From Lama glama (taxonomy: Eukaryota): DNA of 64,000 nt. Below are positions 1 through 12,792 of this stretch, in pieces. A program made the position numbers and the translations under genes. The stretch is from positions 9,054,001 to 9,118,000 of the forward strand of contig CM052816.1 in assembly GCA_028534125.1 (NCBI GenBank). Reading direction: 5' to 3'. Position 1 is the first letter of the stretch. Each line of letters begins with the position of its first letter. The notes below the pieces were generated by a model, which worked only from the letters and a program-made list of their open reading frames with translations, was not told the origin of the DNA and did no database searches.

Positions 1-105
1 GTACTAGAACTCACAACACCATCAAGTTCAATATTCCGATGGAAGACCAGAACCCAAATGAAATCCGTCATATGGTTATGCAGCATTTTCTATACATAAT
101 GCAGG

Positions 106-108
<3 letters not shown>

Positions 109-157
<49 letters not shown>
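109..157. repeat. (TG)n microsatellite
   Basis: About 24 uninterrupted TG units. Confidence 0.98.
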
Positions 158-160
<3 letters not shown>

Positions 161-260
161 AGGGAGGGTGAGGTGGGGGTGGACAACGACAAATAATAGA
201 AACACTTAGGTTATCTAAATATCCTTTATGGGGAAACCAAGAAAAAAAGTATGATGGAAA

Positions 261-588
261 TCAGAATGCGACTGTATTTTAAGGCAGGGGCTTTAATGAG
301 TTTATTAAGTTAAAACGAGGTCATCAGGGTGAGCTCTAATCCAGTATGACTGGTGCCCTCATAATGAGAGAGGATGAGGACACAGACCTGCACAGGAGGA
401 AGGTCATATGAAGATCCAGGGAGAAGACAGCCATCTACAAGCCAAGGAGACATGCCTCAGAAGAAACCAGCCCGGCTGACATCTACATCTCAGATTTCTG
501 GCCTCCAGAACTATCACTAAATAAGTTTCTGTTGCTTAAGCCACTCATGTGTGATATATTGTTATGGCAGCTCTAGCTAACTAACACA
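261..588 (+). mobile_element. MLT1-type (ERVL-MaLR) solo LTR, 5'-truncated
   Basis: Typical MLT1 motifs (aagttaaaacgaggtcatcagggtg...ctaatccagtatgactggtg; gccatctacaagccaaggaga; ends gttatggcagctctagctaactaacaca). Similar to the copy at 14584-15004. Confidence 0.85.
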
Positions 589-1215
589 GACTCCAAATCA
601 TTATTTTAAGTAGTATAAAGCATATAAAAGCTGCCAGGGAATCAAGACCATGCAAAGCTCCTGGAGTAGAAGGTGCCCTGTCCGTCTACGCCTTGTCTCA
701 GACTTATTATCTCCAGTTAGGAGGATCCCAGCAGGTCCTAACTGACCTCTTTTCCCATTCATTTCTCCACACAGGCGCCGGAGTGATGCTTTCAAGAGCC
801 AAATACGATGATGCTTAAACCCCGCCTATCACTGCTTCCAGCAGCACTTAACACCATTCAATGGCTTTACTTTGCTCTTAGGATAAAGTCAGACTCCTTG
901 CCATGGCTCTACAAGGGCCTGCATGGCCTGGTCCCTGCCAGCCTCCTCAATCTCCTCTCAGACCCTCTTCCCTTTTGGCAGTAGCTGAAAGCCACCTGGC
1001 TTTCTTTCTTTTCCCTCCAATGCACCGTGCTCCCTCCCCATACTGGGAGAGTCCCACTCCAAAACAGACATGAAAGAGGTGCTTCCACATGCAGATGTGC
1101 TAAATGTCCTGGAAGATGCATCTTGAGGCAGATGGCCTTCAATCCTGAGTTTTCATGCCCCACTAATTTTGTCAGGTTAGTCATTGGTAGAAATTGTCTA
1201 AAGACCAGATGAAAA

Positions 1216-1787
1216 GCACTATTTTCAATAGCAAAGACTCAGAAACAACCCAATGCCCATCAACAGACAACTGGCTTAAGAAGATGTGGTGTGTATATAT
1301 ACATATACATATACACAATGGAATATTACTCAGCCATAAAAAAGAATGAAATATTGCCATTTGCAGCAACATGTATGGACCTAGAGAATATCACACTAAG
1401 TGAAATAAGTCAGACAGAGAAAGCCAAATATTGTATCACTTACATGTGGAATCTAAAAAATAACAAATCTATCTATATACAAAACAGAAACAGACTCAAC
1501 AGATACAGAAAACAAATTTACAGTTACCAAAGGGGAAAGGGAGGATGGAAGGGATAAATTAGGAGCATGGAATTAACAGACACAAACTATTATACATAAA
1601 ATAGAGAAGCAACAGGATTTACTGTATAGCACAGGAACTATATTCAATATCTTATAATAACCTATAATGGAAAATAAACTGAAAAATTATATACACATAT
1701 ATATACATATATGAATCACTTTGCTGTACACCTGGAAATAAGACAATATTGTAAGTCAACTGTGCTTTCATTAAAAAAAAAAAAAAA
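1216..1787 (+). mobile_element. LINE-1 3' end (ORF2 C-terminus, 3'UTR, poly(A))
   Basis: Encodes TMEYYSAIKKNEILPFAATCMDLENITLSEISQ (L1 ORF2 C-terminus); A-tail at about 1773-1787; TSD-like flanks. Confidence 0.95.
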
Positions 1788-1795
1788 GAACAGTT

Positions 1796-3507
1796 GGGCC
1801 ACAGTACCCAAAGCAATTTACAGGTTTAATGCCATCCCTATCAAATTACCCAGGACATTTTTCACAGAACTAGAAAAATCCTAAAATTTATATGGAATCA
1901 CAAAAGATCCAGAATTGCCAAAGCAATACTGAAGAAAAAGAATGAAGATGGAGGAATAACCGTCCCAGACTTCAGACAACACTACAGAGCTACCATAATC
2001 AAAACAGCATGTTATTGGCACAAAAACAGACATATGGACCAATGGAACAGAATAGAGAGCCCAGAAATAAACCCACAGACTTTTGGTCAATTAATCTTCA
2101 ACAGAGGAGGCAAAAAAAAAAAAAAAAAGAAGGAAAGAAAAGACAGTCTCTTCAGCAAGTGGTGTTGGGAAAACTGGACAGCAGCATGTAAATCAATGAA
2201 GTAAGAACATTCCCCACACCATACACAAAAATAAACTCAAAATGGCTTAAAGACTTAAACATAAGGCAAGACACTATAAACCTCCTAGAAGAAGACATAG
2301 GCAAAACGTTCTCTGACATAAATCTTAGCAATGTTCTCCTAGGGCAGTCTACCCAGACAAACAGAAATACAAGCAAAGATAAACAAATCAGACCTAATTA
2401 AACCTACAAGCTTTTGCACAGCAAAGGAAACCATAAGCAAAACAAAATGACAACCTACGGAATGGGAGAAAATATTTGTAAATGATGCGACTGAAAAGGG
2501 CTTAACTTCCAGAATATGTAAACAGCTCACACAACTTAATAACAAAAGAACAAACAACCCAATTCAAAAAAGGTCAGAAGACCTAAACAAGCAATTCTCC
2601 AACAAAGACATACAAATAGCCAATAGGCATATGAAAAAGTGGCTCAATATCACTAATTATCAGAGAAATACAAATCAAAACTACAATGAGGTATCACCTC
2701 ACACCAGTCAGAATGGCCATCATTCAGAAGTCCACAAACAATAAATGCTGGAAGGGGTGTGGAGAGAAGGGAACCCTCCTACACAGCTAGTGAGAATGTA
2801 GTTTGGTGCAGCCATTATGGAAAAAAGTATGGAGGTTCCTCAAAAAGCTAAAAATAGACTTATCATATGATCCAGCAATCCCACTCCTGGGCTTATATCC
2901 AGAGGGAATTCTAATTTGAAAAGATACATGCATTCCAATGTTCATAGCAGCACCATTTACAATAGCCAAGACAAGAAAATAACCTAAATGTCCATTGACA
3001 GATGACTGGATAAAGAAGCTGTGGTATATTTATACAATGGAATACTACTCAGTCATAAAAAAGAATAAAATAATGCCATTTGTAGAAACATGGATGGACC
3101 TGGAGATTGTCATTCTAAGTCAAGTAAGCCAGAAAGAAAAGGAAAAATACTATATGATATCATTCATATGTGGAATCTAAAAAAAAAAAAGACACAGTGA
3201 ACTTATTTACAAAATAGAAATAGATTCACAGATATAGAAAACAAATTTATGGTTACCAAGAGGGAAAAGGGGTGGAAAGGGATAAATTAGGAGTTCAAGA
3301 TTTGCAGATACTGACTACTATACATAAAATAGATAAACAACAAGTTTCTACTGCATGGCACAGGGAACTATATTCAATATCTTACAGTAACCTATAATGA
3401 TACAGAATATGAAAAGGAATATATGTATATGCATGACTGAAACATTTTGCTGTACACCAGAAACTGACACAACATTGTAAACTGACTATACTTCAGTTAT
3501 AAAGAAA
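1796..3507 (+). mobile_element. Young 5'-truncated LINE-1 (ORF2 3' part and 3'UTR)
   Basis: ORF2 motifs [15 protein letters not shown] and [15 protein letters not shown]; 3'UTR similar to the copy ending near 50290; A-rich tail. Confidence 0.96.
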
Positions 3508-5987
3508 AAGAACAGCTGAAAACTACTAGAGCTGTTTAGTGTTGAGTGAGGAGAGCAGTAAAACTCGAGGCATACTGAGATGTACCCAGGGTGTCTTTCC
3601 TAAACTAGGCACGGGTGAATCCTGGTGACGGGCCCCATTCATCTGGGAACTGTAAGGGGAGCTGAAGGGTGAAATTCTGGGCCTCTCGGCCAAAACGAGT
3701 CACCTGCTCTGATGGGCATGATGAAAGGGTTCTTTCTCTTTGGTCTGGCTTGCTCACCGCCCTTCCAGACACAAAGAGAAGAGCAAAGCTTCTCTCCTCT
3801 GGTCACTGTCCTGTGTCTCTTTTTATCATCATTTAATTATAGAGACTATGCTTTCTGAATGAGATGCTGAAACGGATGGCTAGACGCATGGCCTAACAAT
3901 GGGAAGAAATATTTGAAACAAGGACAGTTGTATATAAGGACACTATACCCACAATGAACAGACTCTTTTCACCTTGCCCTATTTACCTGTAACCCAAATA
4001 AAGCTGGATTTGCCTTGTGCTCAGCTTCTGTGCAGAATTGTGTAAAATTTTAATGATTAAAAGAAACACAGCCAACAACCAAAAGTAATTTAAAAAAAAA
4101 ACAATTCAAATCTTTGCTAGCTTCCCTTTCAAAGAAAAGCCAAGGGAAGAAGGTGTCTAATAACTAGGAAAACAGAGGCTAACTCAAAGGTTTTCTCATT
4201 CACTGCCTTTTTTGATTGTTACCAAACACGTCAGATGAAGCAAGATCACTCCATCTGTTTTGTAGATGAGCAAACTGAGGCTCGGGGAATTAAAATGTGT
4301 CCAGACGCCAACACAGGCCTTCCAGGTCCCAGCTCAGCAAGCTTCCTTTTCTACACTTGTGCACACACACACACGCACACCACTAGACTCCTGTTCCACC
4401 TTCTGCCTCCTAAAATATTGTTTTTTTTTTATTTCTTGAAACTAATGTCAGGAAAAATGATTATTGCCAATATAAGTTTAAGAAATCCCCAGAGATTCAC
4501 TAAGGTTTGATTCTCAAACCCCAGTTAAGTGTGGAGCTCAGACAAGAGGGAACAAATATCAATGAAGCATACATGCATTTTCACTCTCTCAGCCTCTCTA
4601 AGCTACATTAATGCCTCAGAAACATCTACTGGAATAACCTCTTTACTAGCCAAAGAGGCATTCTGTCCCCAGTCAACTCCAGGAACCCTGGTACAATAAT
4701 TAACATGTGGGCCAGAGCCCAAACTCATTGGCACAGGACAGATTTCTCAGATGAGAAACAGAGAAGCCCCAAATCCCACTCACATAAAAGGCTTATTGAC
4801 ATTATCTGTTGAAACGAGTAGAGATTTCAAGGGACACAGCAAGGCAGAGAGAAAGCAGAATTCTGGCTATGGAGGAAGTGGGTGGGAGGAAGGCTAGACT
4901 TCTCCCCTATTTCTCAGCCCCTTCGATTTTCACCAGAGCATTCTCTAAGTTCATACCCTCGTGTGGACTTTGCTACTGGCTAATGAGCATTTCCCCATAA
5001 CACTGATGTCACAGGAGCCAAAATAATCCAGGTCAGCAAACACATTCCAGTGGTAAAACAGAGGGTTTCAGAGAGCTCCTGTGCACACATCAGCCAGGGG
5101 AGAGGACCAGGTGCCCTGGGCTCAGGGCTGACTCCAAAGAGAGAAAGAGCCTCTGTGAGGACAATGGCATTCAAACCCAGAAAACCCAAAAGAGAAGGAG
5201 GTTCGATTATTAGAGAGAGAAAGAGGGAAGGGATTATGGCTAAAAGGCCACATGATGGGAAAGAGGTCTGAAAAGTGCTGAATAAGAGGATGAATGTGGA
5301 CCCAGGCACTCATCCCACCTGCTCTTGGGCTCTGTGCTAGGTGTGGGATGCAGAGGGCCCTGGAGATGGAGGACAGTTCTGGCGTGTTACATAGTTAGCC
5401 TGCTTGTGCTTCAGAGTCTTCTCAACCTGGAGATACATGCAGAACCCCTGGGTTACAGCCCAATGGAGGGAACACAAAGCAGACCCAAAATACAATACCC
5501 ATAAATACAGACCCAGCCTTCCTAAAGACAAGACATCCTAAGGTTTCCTGGAATCCCTAAGCTTCTCCTGAGTGAGCACACTACATTGATACTAGCATTA
5601 TCCTAGTGTCATTTCCTGGCACCCACTGAGCCCCAGGGAAGACCTGGCTCCAAGCAGAAAGTCCCGAGTCAGCAAAGACTACAAAGTTCAGTTGCTAATG
5701 CTAATGCCATCTTCGTAGGTGTAGTTATTTATTGGGCAATCTTTACTGGGCAATTTCTATGTGCCAAAGACTGGGGACATGCTGGTGAATAAAACAAGCA
5801 TGTTTCCTCTCCTTTGGGAGTTTACAGTTCCATGGGAAATATATCTAGTAAGCAATTAAATGAATAGATAATCACAACACTGGAACATCAGGGCCAGGAA
5901 GAGACCTGGAGAGGAGGGTCTTGATATGTATAATGCTTGAAAGTTCACCAAGCACTTTTCCAGGTGTTATAATAGTTGAAGTAGCCC

Positions 5988-6330
5988 CCCCTTTTTTATA
6001 ACATTTTTTTATTGATTTATAATCATTTTACAATGTTGTGTCAAATTCCAGTGTACAGCACAATTTCTCAGTTATAGATGAACATGTATATATTCATTGT
6101 CACATTCCTTTCTCTGTGAGCTACCATAAGATCTTGAATATACTTCCCCGTGCTATACAGTATAATCTTGTTTACCTATTCTACAGTTTTGAAATTCAAG
6201 TCTATCTCTTCCCACCCCCCACCTCCTTGGCAACCACAAGTTTATATTCTATGTCTGTGAGTCTATTTCTGTTTTGTATTTATGCTTTGTTTGTTTGTTT
6301 TTAGATTCCACATATGAGCGATCTCATATG
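5988..6330 (-). mobile_element. Short LINE-1 3'UTR insertion with 13-bp TSD
   Basis: T-rich tail at the left and L1 3'UTR sequence; GTTGAAGTAGCCC at 5975-5987 and 6331-6343. Confidence 0.92.
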
Positions 6331-6482
6331 GTTGAAGTAGCCCTTTGAGGTAAGCAAAGCTGATATATCCACTGAACTAATGAGGGTATTAGCAGATGTC
6401 ATAGAATTAGTAAGAGAGCTAAGATTTGGAGTCAGTTCTTCTATTTCTAAGCCTAGGAACTTTTTAAAAGTTTTCATTTTAT

Positions 6483-6514
<32 letters not shown>

Positions 6515-6517
6515 ACA
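6483..6517. repeat. (CA)n microsatellite
   Basis: CA dinucleotide run. Confidence 0.95.
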
Positions 6518-6519
6518 GG

Positions 6520-7530
6520 TATACTTTACAAATAATGCAATATACAGATCTTAAAATATGAAAAGCTTTGACAAACAAACCCATGTAAACAACATCTCAA
6601 TCAAAACAGGGAACATTTCCATAACACGGAGATAATCTGCTGTCACCACTTACAATCAATCACTCCTCCCCACAACTAGAGGCAAACTCTGTTATGATTT
6701 CCATCCACATAGGTTAGCTTTGCCTATTCTTTAACTTCGTATGACAGAATCATACAGTATGTGCTCTTTCTGTCTGGCTTCTTTTACTCAGCATGCTTTT
6801 GAGATTCACTGTTGCATGTATCAATTGTTGGTCCTTTTTTTCTTTTTTTGCTGAGTAGTATTCCATTGTGGAAATGTAACACAATTTGCTTATCCACTTG
6901 TCCAACATTTGAGTTGTTTCCAGATTTGGGATATTATGAATTCAGCTGCCAGGAACATCTTTGCCCAATTCTTTTTGAAGATTTATGTTTTCATCTCTCA
7001 CGGGTAAATACCCAGGGATGGAGTTGCTGGATCATAATTAAGTGTGTGTTTCTATGAAACTGCCTACAGTTTTCCAAAGTTGTTGTACCATTTTATGTTC
7101 CCACCAACAATGTATAAGGAATTTAAGCCATTTTGGTGGGTGTAAAGAGGTGGTTCTAATTTACATTTCTCTGATGACTAACGATGCTGAGCACATATCT
7201 GTTGCTCTGTGAAGTGTCTTGCCCTGTTTTGCTGCTTTCAAGTGTTGTAAGAAGTCACTGCCTACCTCAAGGTCACAAGATATTCTCCTATATTCTCTTT
7301 TAGAAGATTTATAGTTTTAGCTTTTAGTTTATTAAGGTCTATGATCTATCACAAATTAATTCTTGTGTGTTGACTAGGAATGCACAGGCTTATAAAGTAT
7401 AAGGACTCCTTCATTTTTATTTTTTACTTTTTATTGTGGCATAACCTGCATAGAGTCAAGTGTACAAATCTTACGTGTAAAGCTCAAGAATTTTACACGT
7501 TTACATCCATGTAACCACATTCAGATCACT
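6520..7530 (-). mobile_element. Old L1M-type fragments
   Basis: Antisense L1 3' motifs (gtctggcttcttttactcagcatg, gctgagtagtattccattg, gttgtaccattttatgttcccaccaacaatg). Confidence 0.8.
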
Positions 7531-8039
7531 TGAGGACTCCTTTCTATTGCTGAAAGTATCTGTTAGCCTCACTATGTCAGTATTATCTTCAAGTCATAAT
7601 TATTTTGCCACGTTGATTTTTCTTAAATACGTGCATTTGACAGAAAATTACACATATGAGGCTTGGTGCACACATGGATTTATAAGCTCCAGCAGTAATG
7701 CTCTGGCTCCCCGGTGATCTGTTCCTTGCAGTTGTAAAGCTAATGCACTATTCCCTACCAATGCACGGCTTCTGTCCTCAAGGAGCTTATAATCTAAGAG
7801 GGCTGTAGGAAATGCACATGAATAAACCAGGTTGAGTTACAACAAATGACTCATAACCATAAGAATGTTCTAAAACAAGGACCAGGGACTTCCGAAGAGG
7901 GAATAAAATCACTGCAGGAGTGGATGACAGGAAGTTCTTGGCCTAAAGATGGCCAGGATTTTGATAAATGGGAGTAATTATATGAGGGAATTGCCAATGG
8001 GAGAAAGGGTAAAATAACAGCAGCAGCTAGTGCCTTAGG

Positions 8040-8490
8040 ATCCTTTCCACTGTAATTTATAGAAGCCAGCTGAAACTAGTTTAAGTGGAAAGGGAATTTC
8101 TTGGTTCCTACAACTGGGAGGTCTAAGGATGGGGTGGAGTGGGCCACCTCTGGCTTCAGATCTGGCTGTTCTCAGGAGCTTTACACTATGGTCAGAGCCA
8201 TAACTTTTTCTATTTTACAGATAGCCTCTTCCCATGTGTTGCACAGGACTGGCCACTGGTATCCCCAAAGTCTCATGTCCTCAGCTCAGCAACCCCAGTG
8301 GAATGAATACTCCATCCCAGTATCTCCCTACCCAATCCCAGGGAATACTTTGGTTGGCCTCTCTGGGGTCTAATGTCCACTGGTGAACAAATCCTTGGGG
8401 AACAGGTAGATGAGATGCTCTGATTGGCTAGTCTAGGTCATATGCCAAACCCTGGAGGCGGTGCAGAACACCATAACTGACAGCTCATTA
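8040..8490 (-). mobile_element. Old MLT1-like LTR
   Basis: Motifs such as aagccagctgaaactagtttaag and ctctgattggctagtctaggtcatatgcc resemble old MLT1 subfamilies. Confidence 0.55.
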
Positions 8491-9029
8491 GTACTACATG
8501 GAATTGGGGGGAAGTTTCTTTTGCAAAGAAACAGAAGGAAGGATGATGAAACATGCTGGACAATGGGCTACTGTATTTCATTACAAGGGAATGTGGGCTT
8601 GGAGTAGGAAATGTGAATGGGGAGCAAATTAGAAGGAGATTTTTCTCTGGACAGTGAAGCCCTGGCCGGGAATATTGCCTGGCATGTCTCTTCCCAAGTG
8701 GAGAGTCCATGGCCTGAGTGTCAAGAGCTGTCTACTCAACAGATCCCAGGGTAGCCTGTGCAGCCCGGTACCCAGTGGCCACGGGAGAGGAGTCATGGAA
8801 TACCAGGGCGTGAATCAAGGGCCGTGCCGAAGGTAAAGGCACACAGAGAACGGAGACAGCCTTCTTCAGTCCTTTTCAGGCCCATCTTTCCAGAGTAATC
8901 TTCATCATATTTGAAGTAAACTCCCCTTACAGTTACAAACACGAACTGAGTAACAAGGACTAGGTATTTCTGTGCCATCATTTCGGACTGGAATGTCAAC
9001 GCTGGAAGAGGGCTCAGAGGTCGTCTGGC

Positions 9030-9233
9030 ACAAAGGGCAGCAAACTCAGGCCCACAGGTTAAGTCCCCCTCCCACTTTATTTTTGTAAATAAATTCTGAT
9101 TGCACTGCTGCCTCATCCGCTTGACCACACATCGTCACGGGCTGCCTTCACAACCCAGAGACTGTAACACGACAGAGCCCAAAATACTTACTTCCTGGTC
9201 CTTTACAGAAAAAGTGTGCTAACTGCCGGTCTA
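9030..9233. mobile_element. MER58-like hAT-Charlie non-autonomous DNA transposon
   Basis: gggcagcaaact...ggcccac...ttttgtaaataaa...cccaaaatacttact...tggtcctttacagaaaaagt. Confidence 0.75.
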
Positions 9234-9559
9234 CTATGACATGCTCCCTATTCAATTAGGACTGTCCTCTACAACATTAATTTCACTTCTGATTCACACC
9301 TGGATAAAAAGAGACAATTCATGGGAAGTTTAGAATACAGTCTGACATATAAAAAAAAAGCACTCCTTAAATGTTGGCTGAACAGAAGTCTTAGGGTATC
9401 AATATACACCTCTGTTCCCCTTTCCCAACGCAATGACCAAGAGGTGACCGGTCCTAATCCTACCACGTGCTGATTAATTTGTATATTTAAAGGGGGTTTT
9501 CCCAGTACATTCAAGTGTATTTCATTACTTCTGCTACCAATCATTACTGAGTGTGTGCT

Positions 9560-9735
9560 AAGCACCTGCAGCCATTCCCTCGCTCGGTGCTCCCCCTTTT
9601 ATTCCCATCTTGAGAGGAAGCTGAAGCTTTGGAGGGTAAAGCAAGTCACCCAAGGCTGCACAGCTAGTCAGTGGCTGAGCTGGAATTTGAACCCAGGCAG
9701 TCTGACTCCGTAGCTTAAGTGCTTATCAAACGCAC
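9560..9735 (-). mobile_element. MIR SINE
   Basis: Antisense MIR core: cccaaggctgcacagctagtcagtggctgagctggaatttgaacccaggcagtctgactcc. Confidence 0.8.
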
Positions 9736-10984
9736 TATCTAAGGCACCTCGATTTGGTAACCTAGTTTTCAAAGTATCAGTTCGCCCAGTCCCAGAAATC
9801 AGAATCAGATAACAGGTCCGCTTGTGGGCCCAAGAGCAGTAACGGTGACAGGAAGGCACGGCGGGGCTGCGGAAGCACTGCCAGCTCATCCTCTCTGCTC
9901 CGCAAGCCTCCCCTCATCCACTCACACCTGCTCTACTGCGCTTAGCCTGCTTCTCGCTGCCTCTGGGCTCTCCCAGCCGTCAGGTGCGTGTTGCCGGGGA
10001 GATCTTCCTAAATAATGCACAGCTCTGCTGGGGTCACTGCTGGGCTCCAAACCTCTCATGGCTCCTCACTGGCCGGGGACTGTAACAAATACACTCCAGC
10101 CTGGCACATAAGACTCGCAGATCTGCTCCTCACCAGCTCTCCAGCCTTATTTCCTCACTGTCCACCTCCTCGTGCTCCACAGGGTACAGACAACCGGGCT
10201 TCCTGACATTTCCCGAAACTCTCTGTATCTGTTTACTTTGCACCTCCTCCCCCCTGAGCCACAGGCCGGGGACACAGAAGTTGTGCAACAAGGGACTGTG
10301 GAATGCTTCTGTGGGAGAATGAATGGATAAACCTACCTGGAACACCATTTTCCCCCTTCAATGCTACCTCTCAGAGTGCAGATTGAGCGCTACCTTCCCC
10401 GCGAAGTATTCTCCAGGTCTTCCAGAGGAATTTGGCCTGTCTCCCTCTTCATTCCTTCCTTCTGTCTCAATACCCATGATGGTCTCCTTGTATTTCAGTC
10501 ACGCATGTGTCCACCCCCCGGGAGATGCTGGAAGGAGGCAACCTGAGGTCACACTCTCTGTCCTGTGTATCTCTGATCCCACAGTGCCTGGCACATGGCC
10601 ATGCACGGAGCAGGGATTTGTGTCACTGCCCCAGTGAACGGGAGAGCAGTGCTGGGACATCCAACAGGAGACGATAAGATCAGCCACCCCAACCCACACT
10701 TCCCTCTCTCACCGGTGACTCTCATCACAGCAAAATGGGGAAAGACAGTAAAAAGGAGGAAGCAGCAAGGAGGGAAAAGAAGCTCGGAGTTGGCTCACCG
10801 TGTTTCAGATACCTGCCCCACCGCCTCCCAGCTCGTGTGACCGAGGCCAGGACACTGTACCCTTGAACCTCATTTCTCTTTTAAGCAAAATGGGAGTATT
10901 AAATACTCTGTATTAAATTCATTCGTGCACATACTCATTCAAGACGTCATTACTTATTAAATAAGAGATTCAGGGCCAGCGACC

Positions 10985-11140
10985 TCTTTTCTGAGCCTCA
11001 GTTTGCTCCTCTGTAAAATGAGGATATTATTAGCATCTACTTCATGGGACTTCCAGAAGGGTCCAGTGCCCTTATGCCTGTGAAGAGCTTAGCACCGTGC
11101 CCGGCACAGAGCAAGTCCTTAATGAACATGGACTGTCATT
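10985..11140 (+). mobile_element. MIR SINE
   Basis: tctgagcctcagtttgctcctctgtaaaatgagg...agagcttagcaccgtgcccggcacagagcaag. Confidence 0.8.
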
Positions 11141-12643
11141 AGCGGTCATCACTTTGTGCCAAGCAGCCTAATGAGTTTGGAGGACTCAGCAGTGAACAAA
11201 ACAGGCCTGTCACAGAGCCATCATGTGGCTTACGATCCAAAAGGGGATAGAGGCACAAATGAGGAAAACACACTAATGGATAAAACAGTCACCGGCTGTG
11301 GCGAGTTCTGGGAAGGATGATGAGAGCCAACATCATACGGGGAAGACTGTCCTTAGACACAGAGCAGGGAGGGCGCATGTAGGATTGTTGCCAGGATTAA
11401 ATAAATAATACATGTAAACAGTCGCACTCAGATAGGCTATAATTGGAAAAGAATGTCTCTTGATTAAGAGAAGGAGAAAAAGTTGGTCTGAGGCTAAGGC
11501 ATCTCTGCTGGGGTTTAGGTTTCTCTTTGTTCCTGAAATGCTGCCTCCCAAGTCCCTTCTCCCCACACACAACGGTTCCAAGCTCTGTGTCTGCCCTTTG
11601 AAAGGGGGATTTATGGTCACTTGAGGTTCCTGCGCCCTATAATCCTGGCATCCCAGGCAATTCTCCTTGCAGAACAACTCATGCTGACTGTGGAAATATC
11701 TAATTTTACAGTTGCCTTAGATTGTCCTTGGATGGGCAGGGTCCGGATCCCTGGGCTTTCAAAAAGCAGGAACAGACCTCGGGCTGGCCCTGCCCCTGCA
11801 TGCTGAGAGCAGCTTGCTGCGGGAAGATTGGCACTTGGTGGAGTGTGCTTCAGGTGCTTAAAATAGATCAACTGTGTCATTAGACTATTGCAAGGCAGTT
11901 GTTTCATTGGCCCTGCTGGTGCTGGTGAGGGCAAGAGATAACAGCCCACGGAGAAAGACCTACGCTCTGCACAAAATCAAGCAGATGTGAGGGAAAAGCT
12001 TTTGAAATGATAGAGGCAGTAGAGAGTAGAATTCTGCCAAGAGATGGGGTGGGGCTGTGGCACGAGCACACAGCAGTAACCACAGCATGGGGAGCAAGAG
12101 GACAGCAACGTGGAGCCTGTCTGGACCTCTTGTCTGGCTGGTGATGCACTCGGAAAAGGGGCTAGAGACTTCCAGGTTGCAGGGTGCACTCAGGGGCATT
12201 GTGTGAAATTGTCAAGGAACCATCCATACCCTCGGGGGGACATAAAACCAACTTGTGGGGCTGACTCTGGCATCTCCCTTCTGCTCCTTCAAGGCCCTCT
12301 GCCCAGCACGTTCCAAGTCCTTCCATTCCTGGGCGTGCTCCACCCTGAACACAAGGCTCCAAGGCAGCCCAGGCAGAGTGGCACAGGGCAGCGCTGGGAC
12401 TGCCTCCCGCCTGTGCAGCCTGCCTGGCTCCGCTGCCTTCCACTGAACTTGAGATCAACTCATCCCTCCCTCAGCCTTCCACCCCAACGGCTGTCACAGC
12501 TGGTGCCACAGACACTGGAGAGTGATGGCAGCTGAGGAGGTCAAGAGTTCTGGTCACATGTTGGAGGTAGGAATGACCCGGCAGAGACACAGACTGAACA
12601 CAGGAGAGCGAAGGAAAGAGAAATGTGGATGAGGACGACTTTC

Positions 12644-12792
12644 TTTTTTTCCTTTAAAAACTTTTAAATTAAATTTTTTTTTTTTAGGAGGGAGGTAGCT
12701 AGATTATTTATTTAACGGAGGCACTGGGGATTGAACCCAGGACCTCATGCATGCTAAGCATGTGCTCTACCCCTGAGCTATTTCCCTAGCCC
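12644..12792 (-). mobile_element. Vic-1-type tRNA-Ala-derived SINE (camelid)
   Basis: Minus strand reads ...atagctcaggggtagagcacatgcttagcatgcatgaggtcctgggttcaatccccag plus an AT-rich tail; TSD aggac(g/c)actttc at 12632-12643 and 12793-12804. Confidence 0.9.

Noticed and set aside
1291..3180. Protein-like ORFs such as MEYYSAIKKNEILPF and [15 protein letters not shown] (also 43067-44430 and 48858-49994)
   Set aside because: They are fragments of LINE-1 ORF2, not host genes.
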